A stretch of 40,947 nt of DNA from Microcystaceae cyanobacterium. GTDB taxonomy: Bacteria > Cyanobacteriota > Cyanobacteriia > Cyanobacteriales > Microcystaceae. The stretch is taken from NCBI GenBank assembly GCA_041746575.1, contig JBGTGT010000117.1:1-40947 (forward strand), in the 5' to 3' direction. Positions within the stretch are counted from its first letter, which is position 1; each line of letters starts with the position of its first letter. Below, piece by piece: positions 8,843 to 18,384 of the stretch. The notes under the pieces are model-generated. The model was not told the DNA's origin. It saw only the letters and a program-made list of their open reading frames with translations, and did no database searches. The translations under genes and the position numbers were made by a program.

Positions 8843-9271
8843 ATGAACGCCTCAGAACAAGCAAAAGGACTCGAATTAACCAGTAAAATTGCCACGATTG
8901 TCAATTTATTCAAATCTCAGTTTCCCGATGCCAAGGCTGATCTCAAACCGTGGTGCAACGATCCGGATACCATCGAATGGATAGATCCTGACTCCATCGA
9001 TATTGGATTTCACTTACCCGGATGGAGTCCCCGTTTTCAGAGTCGTAGTATTTTAGTACAGATTCGTTTTTATCAAGATCCGATTGAGCGATCGCAACGA
9101 TTAATTGGGGTAGAAACCGTTGGATTTAACCACCAAGGTCAAGCATGGAAGCTCTCTACCGTAGACAACTGGCAATTAGTGGGAAATTATCTTCCTGCAC
9201 AAGATATTAGTGAAAAATTAAAGTATTTTTGTCGTCAAGTTTTTGAAGTCTTCACTGGACAAAACCGCTGA
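8843..9271 (+). CDS. Conserved cyanobacterial hypothetical protein
   Basis: 142-aa ORF preceded by AAGGA. Contains DLKPWxNDPDT..DPDSIDIGFH.PGWS. Confidence 0.8.
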   Translation: MNASEQAKGLELTSKIATIVNLFKSQFPDAKADLKPWCNDPDTIEWIDPDSIDIGFHLPGWSPRFQSRSILVQIRFYQDPIERSQRLIGVETVGFNHQGQAWKLSTVDNWQLVGNYLPAQDISEKLKYFCRQVFEVFTGQNR

Positions 9272-9371
9272 AAACAAACGTTTTTGTTGGATTTGAAAAA
9301 GTTTTTTAATATTAAAATTTTCCTCAATTTTTTTGCTCTTTTCTGGCTAGAATCTCCAAAAGTCAGGCATC

Positions 9372-9393
9372 AATCTAGAGTGGACTCTGGATT
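9372..9393. promoter_or_regulatory. 10-2-10 palindrome, MerR-type operator-like, upstream of the porin
   Basis: AATCTAGAGT-GG-ACTCTGGATT (1 mismatch), followed immediately by TAATTT. Confidence 0.35.
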
Positions 9394-9512
9394 TAATTTG
9401 GTGATTTCGCCGAGAAATGTAATTAAATAAACAGTTTTTCTGAAAAAAACAGCTAATAATTTGGTTCTTAATCTTTGATTAACCCTCTATTTTGCAGTGT
9501 GGTGTGAGTGAC

Positions 9513-11327
9513 ATGAAAATGAATGCTTTTAAGTCCAAATTACTAACAGCATCGGTCTTGAGTGGAACAAGTTTGGTCATCGGAGCTACTGAACTGAAGT
9601 CGCAAAACTCACCTATAGGAGTAAATGTCCCTTTAGTTTCGGAAATGTCTCCTTCTTTTTCCTTCAACGAGCAAGAATCCGATATTTTGTCAGCAATCAA
9701 AAAAATTCAGCAAGGCAAAAAAATATCAACTTCCGTTTCTCAAGTGACCAATGTTTCAGCGTTACGGGATGTTGAACCCACATCGTGGGCGTACGAAGCC
9801 CTCAGAAGCCTTGTCGAGCGATATGGCTGTATTATCGGCTATCCTGACCGCACATTTCGGGGTAATCGGGCGTTAACGCGTTGGGAATTTGCCGCCGGGT
9901 TAAATGCTTGTTTAAATACGATAGAACGACTTTTGCAAGAAAACGTCGCCATCCTACAAGAAGATTTAGATAAACTGAAGCAACTAGCAGATGAATTTCA
10001 GCAAGAATTAGCGGCAATGGGCGCAAGAATTAATAATTTAGAATCCAGAGTTGCTTTTCTAGAAGATAATCAATTTTCTACCACCACTAAGCTCAGTAGT
10101 CTGACAACGGTTTATTTTAGTAACGCATGGCGCGATCGCAATATTCTGGCAGAGGGGGCAAATCCCTTTAGTCAGTTCAGCCCACCAAGGGATGAGAATA
10201 ATCGTCCTAGAACTCGCATCGTGGACTATAATCCCAGTGCAACCCTCAGTTACTACTCTTGGATTAACTTTAATACTTCTTTTTCGGGTAGAGATAACCT
10301 GACGGTTCAATTTGCGGCAGGAAATGGCAATGCACCGGCCAATCAATTTCTCTCGGCAGGATTTTATAACTCTTCTGGAACGCCTTTTCTGTTGCAATCG
10401 GGGGCAACTCGACCCAATTTTGTCACGATTCGGGAATTATTTTACAGTTTTCCCGTTAACGATAATTTACAAATTGCGGCAGGTCCTCGGCTCAACATTT
10501 ATCGTTATTTTGATAATAACCGTTTTACCTTTTTCCTCAATGGCGCAGAAAGCTTTAATAGTAGCGGCTCTACCCAATTTAGTCCGATCGACAGAGGGTC
10601 TGGTGCAGTGGCAACTTGGAAAATTAATGATATTTTTCAACTCAATGTCGGTTATATGGGCAATAGCACCGAATTTCTCCCCCCCGAACTGGGTGGCTCG
10701 GCGGCAGATCCTGCCTTGGGACTTTTTGGCGGAACGTATAATATTACGGCAGAATTAACCGTTTCTCCGTTCGATAATCTGAATTTGCGCTTTTTGTTTA
10801 ATCATTCTCGCCTTGAACCTAATCCCTTTAGTGGATTTGTGGGGGGTGCTGTGGGTGAACCAATTCCCTACGGCTTAGCAGATGATGGTTTTGGCGGTAC
10901 ATTGCATCATGCCTTGGCGAATGCTTATATTTTTAACTTCGATTGGCTGATTTTTGACAGATTTGGGGTATTCGGGCGATATAGTTGGGGAAGCACCCAT
11001 TTAACCCCCGTTAATCCCGACCGAGGCAGACCTCACATTAATTCTCAATCGGTGCAATTAGGCTTTGCTTTACCTGATTTAGGCAAAGAAGGCGCACGGG
11101 CAACCTTTTCTTATCTGATTCCTTTTTCGGTGGTCAGTGGACGGGATTTTCTGGTGTCTGGTGGTGGCAATGGCGGCGTACAGTATGAATTTGAGGCCAA
11201 TTATTTTTACCCTTTGAATCAGAATATTGCTCTTGTCCCTTCTTTTTATGTCATTGTTCGACCCAATAATTTCACTACCAATGGGCCGATTTATGTGGGT
11301 AACCTACGGACACAATTTTCTTTCTAA
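9513..11327 (+). CDS. Cyanobacterial outer-membrane porin (SLH + coiled coil + OprB-like barrel; SomA/B / iron-uptake porin family)
   Basis: LRDVEPTSWAYEALRSLVERYGCIIGYPDRTFRGNRALTRWEFAAGLN, QFSTTTKL and terminal LRTQFSF. Likely start ATG 9513. Confidence 0.93.
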   Translation: MKMNAFKSKLLTASVLSGTSLVIGATELKSQNSPIGVNVPLVSEMSPSFSFNEQESDILSAIKKIQQGKKISTSVSQVTNVSALRDVEPTSWAYEALRSLVERYGCIIGYPDRTFRGNRALTRWEFAAGLNACLNTIERLLQENVAILQEDLDKLKQLADEFQQELAAMGARINNLESRVAFLEDNQFSTTTKLSSLTTVYFSNAWRDRNILAEGANPFSQFSPPRDENNRPRTRIVDYNPSATLSYYSWINFNTSFSGRDNLTVQFAAGNGNAPANQFLSAGFYNSSGTPFLLQSGATRPNFVTIRELFYSFPVNDNLQIAAGPRLNIYRYFDNNRFTFFLNGAESFNSSGSTQFSPIDRGSGAVATWKINDIFQLNVGYMGNSTEFLPPELGGSAADPALGLFGGTYNITAELTVSPFDNLNLRFLFNHSRLEPNPFSGFVGGAVGEPIPYGLADDGFGGTLHHALANAYIFNFDWLIFDRFGVFGRYSWGSTHLTPVNPDRGRPHINSQSVQLGFALPDLGKEGARATFSYLIPFSVVSGRDFLVSGGGNGGVQYEFEANYFYPLNQNIALVPSFYVIVRPNNFTTNGPIYVGNLRTQFSF

Positions 11328-11424
11328 TGCCCGTTTTTAGGCTTTTTAGCAAGGATAGAAGGTGAAATTGGATTTTGGCAGTGGCGATGTCGGTTTGCCA
11401 TTCAATCAGCTAAAAATTAGCGTT

Positions 11425-12777
11425 TTATTGATACGTTTTTTCGTAGGCTAACTGTCCCATAATATACGTCGCATGGATGGCGCGATCATCTCCCATCATC
11501 ATTAAAGTAAAGACCGTATCCGCTAATTCCTCTAAATTGATGGGTTTCGGTGCAGGATTACGGAATGCCATTAAGGGCGTGGCACGGGGGTCTAAAACAA
11601 TAAAATCGGCTTCCTTTCCGCTGGCAAAGTTACCAATATAATCCTGTAACTCCAATGCTTTCGCCCCTCCTAACGTGGCTAAATAAAGGGCTTGGAAAGG
11701 GGTGGGGTTTTGTCGCCTCAGTTGGGAGACTTTATAAGCTTCATTGGCAGTCTGAAGAATCGAAAAACTCGTTCCTGCTCCTACATCCGTCCCTAATCCA
11801 ACTTTAACGGGATATTCTGTTGATTTCGCCTGTTCTAGCTTAAACAACCCACTGCCCAGAAACAGATTGGATGTAGGACAAAAAGCGATCGCGGATTTGG
11901 CTTCCGATAAGCGTTGAAATTCTTCGTCTGTAAGTTGAACGCCGTGGGCAAAAACTGAACGTTCTCCCACCAATCCTGCTTGATCGTAGGTATCTAGATA
12001 CCCTTTACAGTCAGGAAAAAGCGTTTTCACCCAAGCCACTTCAGCGATATTTTCTGATAGGTGAGTGTGCAGATAAACATCGGGATATTCTTTTAAAAGT
12101 TTACCGGCTAGTTTCAATTGGGCATTGGTTGAAGTAATAGAAAAACGGGGGGTAACTGCATAGCGCAACCGTCCTTTTTTGTGCCATTTTTCAATCAAGG
12201 CTTTGGTTTCGGTATAAGAAGATTCAGGCGTATCTAAAAGAAAGTCGGGTGCATTGCGATCCATCATGACTTTCCCTGCGATCATACACAGATTTCGCTG
12301 GTAAGCTTCCTCAAAGAAAGCATCGGCCGATTCGGGATAAACGGTGGCGAAGACGAGGGCTGTAGTTGTGCCATTTTTGAGTAATTCATCAAGGAAAAAA
12401 GAAGCGACTTTTTGGGCATATTTTTGATCTTTAAATTTGCCTTCTGTCGGAAAAGTATATTTTGTTAACCATTCTAAAAGTTGTTCCCCGTAAGCGGCGA
12501 TCATTTCCGTTTGAGGATAGTGAATATGAGTGTCGATAAACCCCGGCATAATTAACATTCCAGGATAGGATGTAACGGGAATATCTTGATAACGATCTTT
12601 GAGTTGTTCGTAAGGTCCAATTTCTTTAACTCGTCCCTTATCTAAGACTAACAGTCCATCGGCAATGAATCGTACACAATCCAATTCGGGAACGTAAAAA
12701 GGATCGTTTAGGAAGTCTAATAATGAACTGCGGTAAGCTTTAATTCCTTTTTCGGGAAAGATAGTTTCTTCGGTCAT
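11425..12777 (-). CDS. guaD: Guanine deaminase
   Basis: PGFIDTHIHYPQ, LLEWL..YTFPTE, YAVTPRF, HTHLSEN and GLGTDVGAG. Confidence 0.95.
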   Translation of the reverse strand: MTEETIFPEKGIKAYRSSLLDFLNDPFYVPELDCVRFIADGLLVLDKGRVKEIGPYEQLKDRYQDIPVTSYPGMLIMPGFIDTHIHYPQTEMIAAYGEQLLEWLTKYTFPTEGKFKDQKYAQKVASFFLDELLKNGTTTALVFATVYPESADAFFEEAYQRNLCMIAGKVMMDRNAPDFLLDTPESSYTETKALIEKWHKKGRLRYAVTPRFSITSTNAQLKLAGKLLKEYPDVYLHTHLSENIAEVAWVKTLFPDCKGYLDTYDQAGLVGERSVFAHGVQLTDEEFQRLSEAKSAIAFCPTSNLFLGSGLFKLEQAKSTEYPVKVGLGTDVGAGTSFSILQTANEAYKVSQLRRQNPTPFQALYLATLGGAKALELQDYIGNFASGKEADFIVLDPRATPLMAFRNPAPKPINLEELADTVFTLMMMGDDRAIHATYIMGQLAYEKTYQ

Positions 12778-12937
12778 GGTATATTTAACTTTTAACAGGA
12801 CAGGGAGAAGTTAGAGCTAATTATTAAATTTTTTCTCCTCAATAAAAATTGCTTTTGGGTTGTTTTCTTGAGAAAATCGAGTTCAAACTCATACTTATTG
12901 TGTTTAAATATTATTGTCAAGATTATTTCAAAAAAAC

Positions 12938-12953
12938 TGTAGTTATGGATACA
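12938..12953. promoter_or_regulatory. NtcA-binding site upstream of guaD
   Basis: TGTA-GTTATGGA-TACA matches the TGTA-N8-TACA consensus, ~160 bp before the guaD ATG. Confidence 0.65.
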
Positions 12954-13215
12954 TTATCTATCAATCTTTCTTGATTTAAAATTAGGCTAGAGCAACCGTT
13001 TAAATGCGTTGAACCTATTAAAATCGCGCTTTTTGCACGAAATCATTTCTAGTACCTTAGCATCCAGAAAAGATCTCTCAAAATCACCCCCTTAACTCGG
13101 TGGTGACGGGGAGCGGGGAAATGGGGTTGACCAAAACTCTTTTAAAGCATAACAGTTTATTGAGGTGTAAGGTTTTATAATATAAAAAAATCCTTCAACT
13201 TTCAATTATTCTGCC

Positions 13216-13803
13216 ATGGCTTTTGTTTCTTCTCAAGACTTAGTTTCTCATGTCTTAACAGGTAAGGTGGTTAGTTTTCCAACGGATACCATACCTGCCC
13301 TAGCCGTGCAACCTGAAGCCTCAGCGTTAATCTTTGCGCTAAAAAAACGTCCTTTGAGCAAGCCTTTAATCCTGATGGGGGCTTCTTGGACGGATTTGTT
13401 GCCTTATTTAAGTGGATCTCGTGAAGAATTCGTGATCTGGGAAGCGATCGCCCAACGCTATTTTCCGGGAGCGTTAACGTTAGTCCTTCCTGCTTCGTTT
13501 CAAGTGCCTAAAGCGACTAATCCCCAAGATTCGAGTAATATTGGTATTAGAGTCCCTAATCATCCTACTGTAAGCAAAATTCTTGCTCAAACTGGACCTT
13601 TGTCCACCACTAGCGTCAATCAATCAGGTGAACCGCCCTTAGAGACGTTAGAAGCTATCAATCAAAGATTTTCCTCTGTTTTTGTCTTAGATCCCAGTGA
13701 ATTGAATCCAGAAGAACAAGTCGGCAGTGGCAAGCCTTCAACGGTGACTAAATGGACAGGAAAGGATTGGTTTACCCTTCGACGGGGCAGTGTTTATCTA
13801 TAG
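13216..13803 (+). CDS. tsaC: L-threonylcarbamoyladenylate synthase (YrdC/Sua5)
   Basis: FPTDT, LKKRPLSKPLIL, PGALTLVL, IGIRVP, TTSVNQSGEP and PSTV. Confidence 0.9.
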   Translation: MAFVSSQDLVSHVLTGKVVSFPTDTIPALAVQPEASALIFALKKRPLSKPLILMGASWTDLLPYLSGSREEFVIWEAIAQRYFPGALTLVLPASFQVPKATNPQDSSNIGIRVPNHPTVSKILAQTGPLSTTSVNQSGEPPLETLEAINQRFSSVFVLDPSELNPEEQVGSGKPSTVTKWTGKDWFTLRRGSVYL

Positions 13804-13822
13804 TTAGAAGCAGAGAGCAAAG

Positions 13823-13925
13823 GTTTAAAAGTGATTATTCATTATCGACAATATGGGGCCAATTTTCGTTGCTGAAGATGAATGGATGGAGTTGTTTAAA
13901 AGTGATTATTCATTATCGACAATAT
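13823..13925. repeat. Perfect 32-bp direct repeat, two copies, 71-bp period
   Basis: GTTTAAAAGTGATTATTCATTATCGACAATAT at 13823-13854 and 13894-13925. Confidence 0.9.
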
Positions 13926-13936
13926 AGGGGTTAAAA

Positions 13937-14719
13937 ATGGACGAAATTGAATTTCTTAAACAAGAGTTAGAACAAACCCGTTTAGCCTATCAAATGGTTT
14001 CCCAAATCAATCAATTTAAAACAGGATTTTTAGGTCGTACGGCTCATGAAATTCGCTCACCTCTCAGTCAATTAATGAGTTTACATCAGTTAATTTTAGC
14101 GGATTTATGCGAAAGTCCAGCAGAAGAAAGGGAGTTTATCGACCAAGCTTATAAAGCGGCACACAAATTGGTTAAAATCATTGATCAAGTTATTTTAGTG
14201 TCTAAGTTAGAGTACGGAAGGATTAGTTTACAACAAAATAAAGTCAATCTTCAACAGGTGGTTAGGGATTTGGAACCCTTAATTTCTTTACAGGCGGCTA
14301 ATCGTAATTTAAAGTTAAATGTCGTCGAATCTTCTTCCCCTATTTATATTTTAGCTGATGAACAAAGGTTATTAATGAGCCTGATAAATTTGGTAGATAC
14401 AGCTATTAATTGGACAGAACAAGGGACGATCGAAATTCAATTAACCGTCTGCCCCAATTCTTCACGAGGAATCATCAATATTCGGACTCCTTGCTTTCCT
14501 TCAACTTGGCAAGAATCGACCGATTTATTACAACAGTCTCCCGAAATTTCCCCACAAGGATTAAAAGAATTTGCTCAAAAACTAGAGATGTCAGCAGGGG
14601 AAAAGTTTTTATTATCTTTTAATTTAATTGAAGCAATGGGAGGACAATTGATGCTTAATTCGACGGCTGATGATTCTACAACACAGCTAGGGATTGCTTT
14701 TCCGCTAGTTGAGAATTAA
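13937..14719 (+). CDS. Sensor-less histidine-kinase-like protein with a degenerate ATPase domain
   Basis: H-box FLGRTAHEIRSPL. The N-box is altered (NLVDTAINWT) and no DxGxG G-box is recognisable. Confidence 0.85.
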   Translation: MDEIEFLKQELEQTRLAYQMVSQINQFKTGFLGRTAHEIRSPLSQLMSLHQLILADLCESPAEEREFIDQAYKAAHKLVKIIDQVILVSKLEYGRISLQQNKVNLQQVVRDLEPLISLQAANRNLKLNVVESSSPIYILADEQRLLMSLINLVDTAINWTEQGTIEIQLTVCPNSSRGIINIRTPCFPSTWQESTDLLQQSPEISPQGLKEFAQKLEMSAGEKFLLSFNLIEAMGGQLMLNSTADDSTTQLGIAFPLVEN

Positions 14720-15155
14720 TGTGTGTTAAGCCTTGAGGGATACTTGTATTGTGAAGTATCATTGTGGTATTGCTATTTTCCTGAAAGCCAATTCGCTTAT
14801 AAAATTCGCTTTGATGGGTTGTCATTAAATAAATTCGTTCAACTCGGTTTAATAAGGGATGACTAACCACTGTTTCGACTAATTTACGCCCTAAACCATA
14901 CCCTTGGTAATCAGGATGAATCACTACATCCCAAATGGTTGCCCGATAAATCCCGTCAGAGGTTGCTCTGGCAAAACCAATCATTTGTTTTTGATCCCAA
15001 ACGGTCACCACCGGATTACTGTTTTTAATGGCTAGTTTTAAGTCTTGAAGATTTCTTTCTTTTGCCCAAAAGGCTACTCTTGTAAAAAGAGATTGGAGTT
15101 GATTAAAATCAACTTTGGATTTCTTCGCAGAGAACTCTATATGGCGAAAATCCAT
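14676..15155 (-). CDS. GNAT-family N-acetyltransferase
   Basis: IGFARATSDG..ATIWDVVIHPDYQGYGLGRKL and FYKRIGF. Confidence 0.9.
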   Translation of the reverse strand: MDFRHIEFSAKKSKVDFNQLQSLFTRVAFWAKERNLQDLKLAIKNSNPVVTVWDQKQMIGFARATSDGIYRATIWDVVIHPDYQGYGLGRKLVETVVSHPLLNRVERIYLMTTHQSEFYKRIGFQENSNTTMILHNTSIPQGLTHINSQLAEKQSLAVL

Positions 15156-15374
15156 AAGAAATAATATAAATTAATCAATGAACCTTACTGTTACTCAAAT
15201 TGTAGCGGAGAAGGAGCAGAAAACTCAATTTTGGCAGGTCTTTATGTTGCCGTTTCCTGACAAGATACCCTGTTTGAAGGGAAATAAAGTTAAGTTAACG
15301 GTAAGAAAAGAAAACAGGGAAAAAAATTAATCATTAATTATTAATTTTACACACCTATCTTCTAACCGCTGCCT

Positions 15375-16964
15375 CTATAAGGGACGATAAACCCGATAAT
15401 TAATGTTAGGAAAGATATTATCAATCGCATAGACTTTATCTAGCCAACCCGAATCGATTTTTTCCTGTTTGATATCCTCATAGAGCTTGGTAAAACGCAA
15501 CACATGGGAACGAGTCCGACGCACGGCATAGGGTACCATTGTCCCTGTCCGCATGATAAACGCCCAATCAGACGATTGTGCCAGCAATAACTCTCGTGCC
15601 GCCTGATTTAAGGCTTTTTCTTCTAGCTCATCGGTAGGGTTGCGATAGCTGAGTTCAATCATGCGTTCGGTGGCTTTATGGAGATGGGGATAAATCCAAG
15701 CATTGGTTTCATTTAACCAGTATTCATGGAAACCTTTATACCCCCAACTAGACTGGGAGGGGCGACACACTTGCTGAGTTGGATTATACTGTAGATAATC
15801 AGCTAAATGAGTCATTTCAAAGGTATTTTGGTCATACCGTGACTTACGAAACAGATAATCGATAAACCAAGGCCCTTCATACCACCAGTGACCAAAGAGT
15901 TCTGCGTCATAGGGAGAGACAATAATGGGGGGACGTTGCATGATTCCGGCTAAATGCTGAACTTGTCGTTCGCGGTTATACATAAAGTTTCCAGCGTGTT
16001 CAGCCGCTTTTTCCTTTGCCCAATAGGGGTCATAGAGACCCTTCTCTGATAATCCCCCATCCCGACTGGTAATCTTGTGATATTTAATGCCAATATTCTT
16101 GCGCTGACCATTGGGCATAATATAGGGCTTAATATATTCATAATCCGCTTCCCATCCCAAATCTTTGTAAAATTCTCGATAGACGACATCCCCTGGGTAA
16201 CCGACTTTAGATGACCAAACCTGTTGCGATGATTCGTGATCTCGACCAAAGGCCGCCACGCCATTTTCGGTGAAAATCGGTGCATAAGCCCCAAAACGAG
16301 GACGAGGACGAGCATAGAGAATCCCGTGACCATCTACCAAGAAATAGCGTAATCCTGCATCTGCCAGCATCCGTTCTACCCCTTCAAAATAGGCACATTC
16401 GGGTAACCATATTCCTTTGGGAGGACGACCAAAGGTTTCTTCATAATGTTCACACGCAACCTTAATTTGCGCCCATACTGCCTGAGGATACATTTTCATC
16501 AGGGGAAAATAGCCATGGGTTGCCCCACAGGTGATAATTTCAAGGTTATTGCTCTCTAAAAACGGCTTAAAGGCTTTAATAAGATTGCGATCGTATTTTT
16601 CCCATGTTTGACGCACTTTTTTAAATTCTTCGCCATAAAATTCGGCTAAGTAGCGAACATGTCCGTTAAACTCATTAAAATGGATTTCTTTTGCAATTAA
16701 TTCTTCTAATTTCGCTAAATGTTCATCATATCGCTCTTGCAACAGGGGATCTTGCAACATAGACACCAAAGGAGGTGTCATGCTCATTGTTATCTTAAAA
16801 TCAATACCATCTTGCTTTAGTCCTTCAAAAACGTGGATTAAGGGGATATAAGTTTCAGTAATCGCTTCGTAAAGCCATTCTTCTTCTAAAACATAGTCAC
16901 TTTCAGGGTGACGAACAAAAGGAAGGTGGGCGTGGAGAACGAGGGCAACGTAGCCAAAAGCCAT
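15375..16964 (-). CDS. GH57 glycoside hydrolase (branching-enzyme type, DUF1957)
   Basis: LVLHAHLPFVRHPE, EAITETYIP, GIWLPEC, PYDAELFGHWWYEG and ELLLAQSSDWAF. Confidence 0.93.
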   Translation of the reverse strand: MAFGYVALVLHAHLPFVRHPESDYVLEEEWLYEAITETYIPLIHVFEGLKQDGIDFKITMSMTPPLVSMLQDPLLQERYDEHLAKLEELIAKEIHFNEFNGHVRYLAEFYGEEFKKVRQTWEKYDRNLIKAFKPFLESNNLEIITCGATHGYFPLMKMYPQAVWAQIKVACEHYEETFGRPPKGIWLPECAYFEGVERMLADAGLRYFLVDGHGILYARPRPRFGAYAPIFTENGVAAFGRDHESSQQVWSSKVGYPGDVVYREFYKDLGWEADYEYIKPYIMPNGQRKNIGIKYHKITSRDGGLSEKGLYDPYWAKEKAAEHAGNFMYNRERQVQHLAGIMQRPPIIVSPYDAELFGHWWYEGPWFIDYLFRKSRYDQNTFEMTHLADYLQYNPTQQVCRPSQSSWGYKGFHEYWLNETNAWIYPHLHKATERMIELSYRNPTDELEEKALNQAARELLLAQSSDWAFIMRTGTMVPYAVRRTRSHVLRFTKLYEDIKQEKIDSGWLDKVYAIDNIFPNINYRVYRPL

Positions 16965-17178
16965 AACTGTTCCGAGATCCTAGATAGCTGTGAATAAACT
17001 TTCAACAATATGTTGATAATAAACCTAAGAGTGATTTAATTTAACACTATCTTTAGATTTTAGAATAGGGGTAGCGCAAAATCTCAACAAATTTTCTATC
17101 TTTTTGGAGAGTTGTTATCTATGCTACCATTTTGCCAAAATCTGAACTGAGAAAAATTCTTTTAAATTAGGAGCAGAC

Positions 17179-18384
17179 TTGAAAAATGACGAATTCTTTG
17201 CCATATTATCTCACAAGTCAATTTCATTGCCCATCACCCGTTCTCTCTGTTCAATGGACACTATAAAGATCGTGTCAATTCAACTTCTTCTCTTCGTCGA
17301 TGATCGCCCCAGTTCTCAAGCTCATATTGAGAAAGTAGCCGAACAGCTTCAAAAAGTGGCGGATGGAATGCCTTATGACTTACAAATTATTGAAATTGGC
17401 GAACAGCCTCATCTTGTTGAACATTTCCGGCTTATTGCGACACCTGCTTTAGTCAAAATTTTCCCAGAACCTCGTCAGACTTTAGCGGGGAGTAATATTG
17501 TTCAGCAGATTGATCGCTGTTGGCCTCGATGGGTACAGGCATTTGAGATTTATCGCCAGCAAGAACGAGACCACAAAACTTTAAAACTAAATAATCCTCA
17601 AGAAATCAGTTATTCATCTGAAATTGTGCGAATGTCTGATGAAATTTTTCGCTTAAAAAAGGACAAAGAGGCACTTCTTGATCAATTAAAGTTTAAAGAT
17701 CAAATTTTGGCCATGTTAGCCCATGATTTACGAAGTCCTTTAACAGCCGCTTCAATGGCGGTAGATACTTTAGAAATTGCAGATAATCAAGAAGAGTCTA
17801 CCCGAATTCAAAAGTTAAAAATTCAACTTTATCAGCAGGCAAAAAAGCAGTTTAAACTAATGAATCGTCTCATCACTGATATTTTGCAAGCCTCAAAAAC
17901 GATAAATTCTCAGTTAAACTTAAATCACTCTAAAGTATTGATGCAGGATCTCTGCGAAGATATTTTATATCAATTGACAGGTCAATTTAAAGCAAAGAAT
18001 TTAACGATAAATAGGGATATTCCCCAAGATTTACACTCCATTTATGCCGATGAAGAAATGATTCGTCAAGTGGTCGTTAATTTATTAGAAAATGCCATCA
18101 AATATACCCCTGAATCGGGGACAATTAGCTTGTCTATTCTCCATCGCACAACCCAAAAAATTCAAGTGAGTATCTGTGATACAGGACCGGGTATTCCAAA
18201 GGAAAAACAAGAGCGCATCTTTGAAGGACATTTTCGTTTACAACGGGATGAAAGCAAGGAAGGATATGGCTTAGGTTTATCTTTATGTCGTAAAATTGTT
18301 CAAGCCCATTATGGTCACATTTGGGTAGATAGTTTGATGAATAGGGGCAGTTGTTTTCATTTTACGTTGCCCGTTTATCGTTGA
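17179..18384 (+). CDS. sasA: Circadian output histidine kinase SasA
   Basis: N-terminal KaiB-like domain (QLLLFVD..PHLVEHFRLIATPALVKIFPEPRQTLAG), AHDLRSPL and intact N/G boxes. TTG start follows AGGAG; alternative ATG at 17254. Confidence 0.92.
   Translation: MKNDEFFAILSHKSISLPITRSLCSMDTIKIVSIQLLLFVDDRPSSQAHIEKVAEQLQKVADGMPYDLQIIEIGEQPHLVEHFRLIATPALVKIFPEPRQTLAGSNIVQQIDRCWPRWVQAFEIYRQQERDHKTLKLNNPQEISYSSEIVRMSDEIFRLKKDKEALLDQLKFKDQILAMLAHDLRSPLTAASMAVDTLEIADNQEESTRIQKLKIQLYQQAKKQFKLMNRLITDILQASKTINSQLNLNHSKVLMQDLCEDILYQLTGQFKAKNLTINRDIPQDLHSIYADEEMIRQVVVNLLENAIKYTPESGTISLSILHRTTQKIQVSICDTGPGIPKEKQERIFEGHFRLQRDESKEGYGLGLSLCRKIVQAHYGHIWVDSLMNRGSCFHFTLPVYR

Noticed and set aside
9479..10758. 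Alternative-frame ORFs within the porin, and similar short ORFs inside the GH57, DUF3086, dctM, RND, hisA and chlB genes
   Set aside because: Fully nested in well-supported genes and carry no recognisable motifs.
12960..13215. Purine or guanidine riboswitch upstream of guaD
   Set aside because: No recognisable aptamer consensus by eye. An Rfam cmscan would settle it.
13832..13847. Fur/Zur box inside the 32-bp repeat (TGATTAT-TC-ATTATCG)
   Set aside because: Spacing is 7-2-7 with mismatches, not the 7-1-7 consensus.
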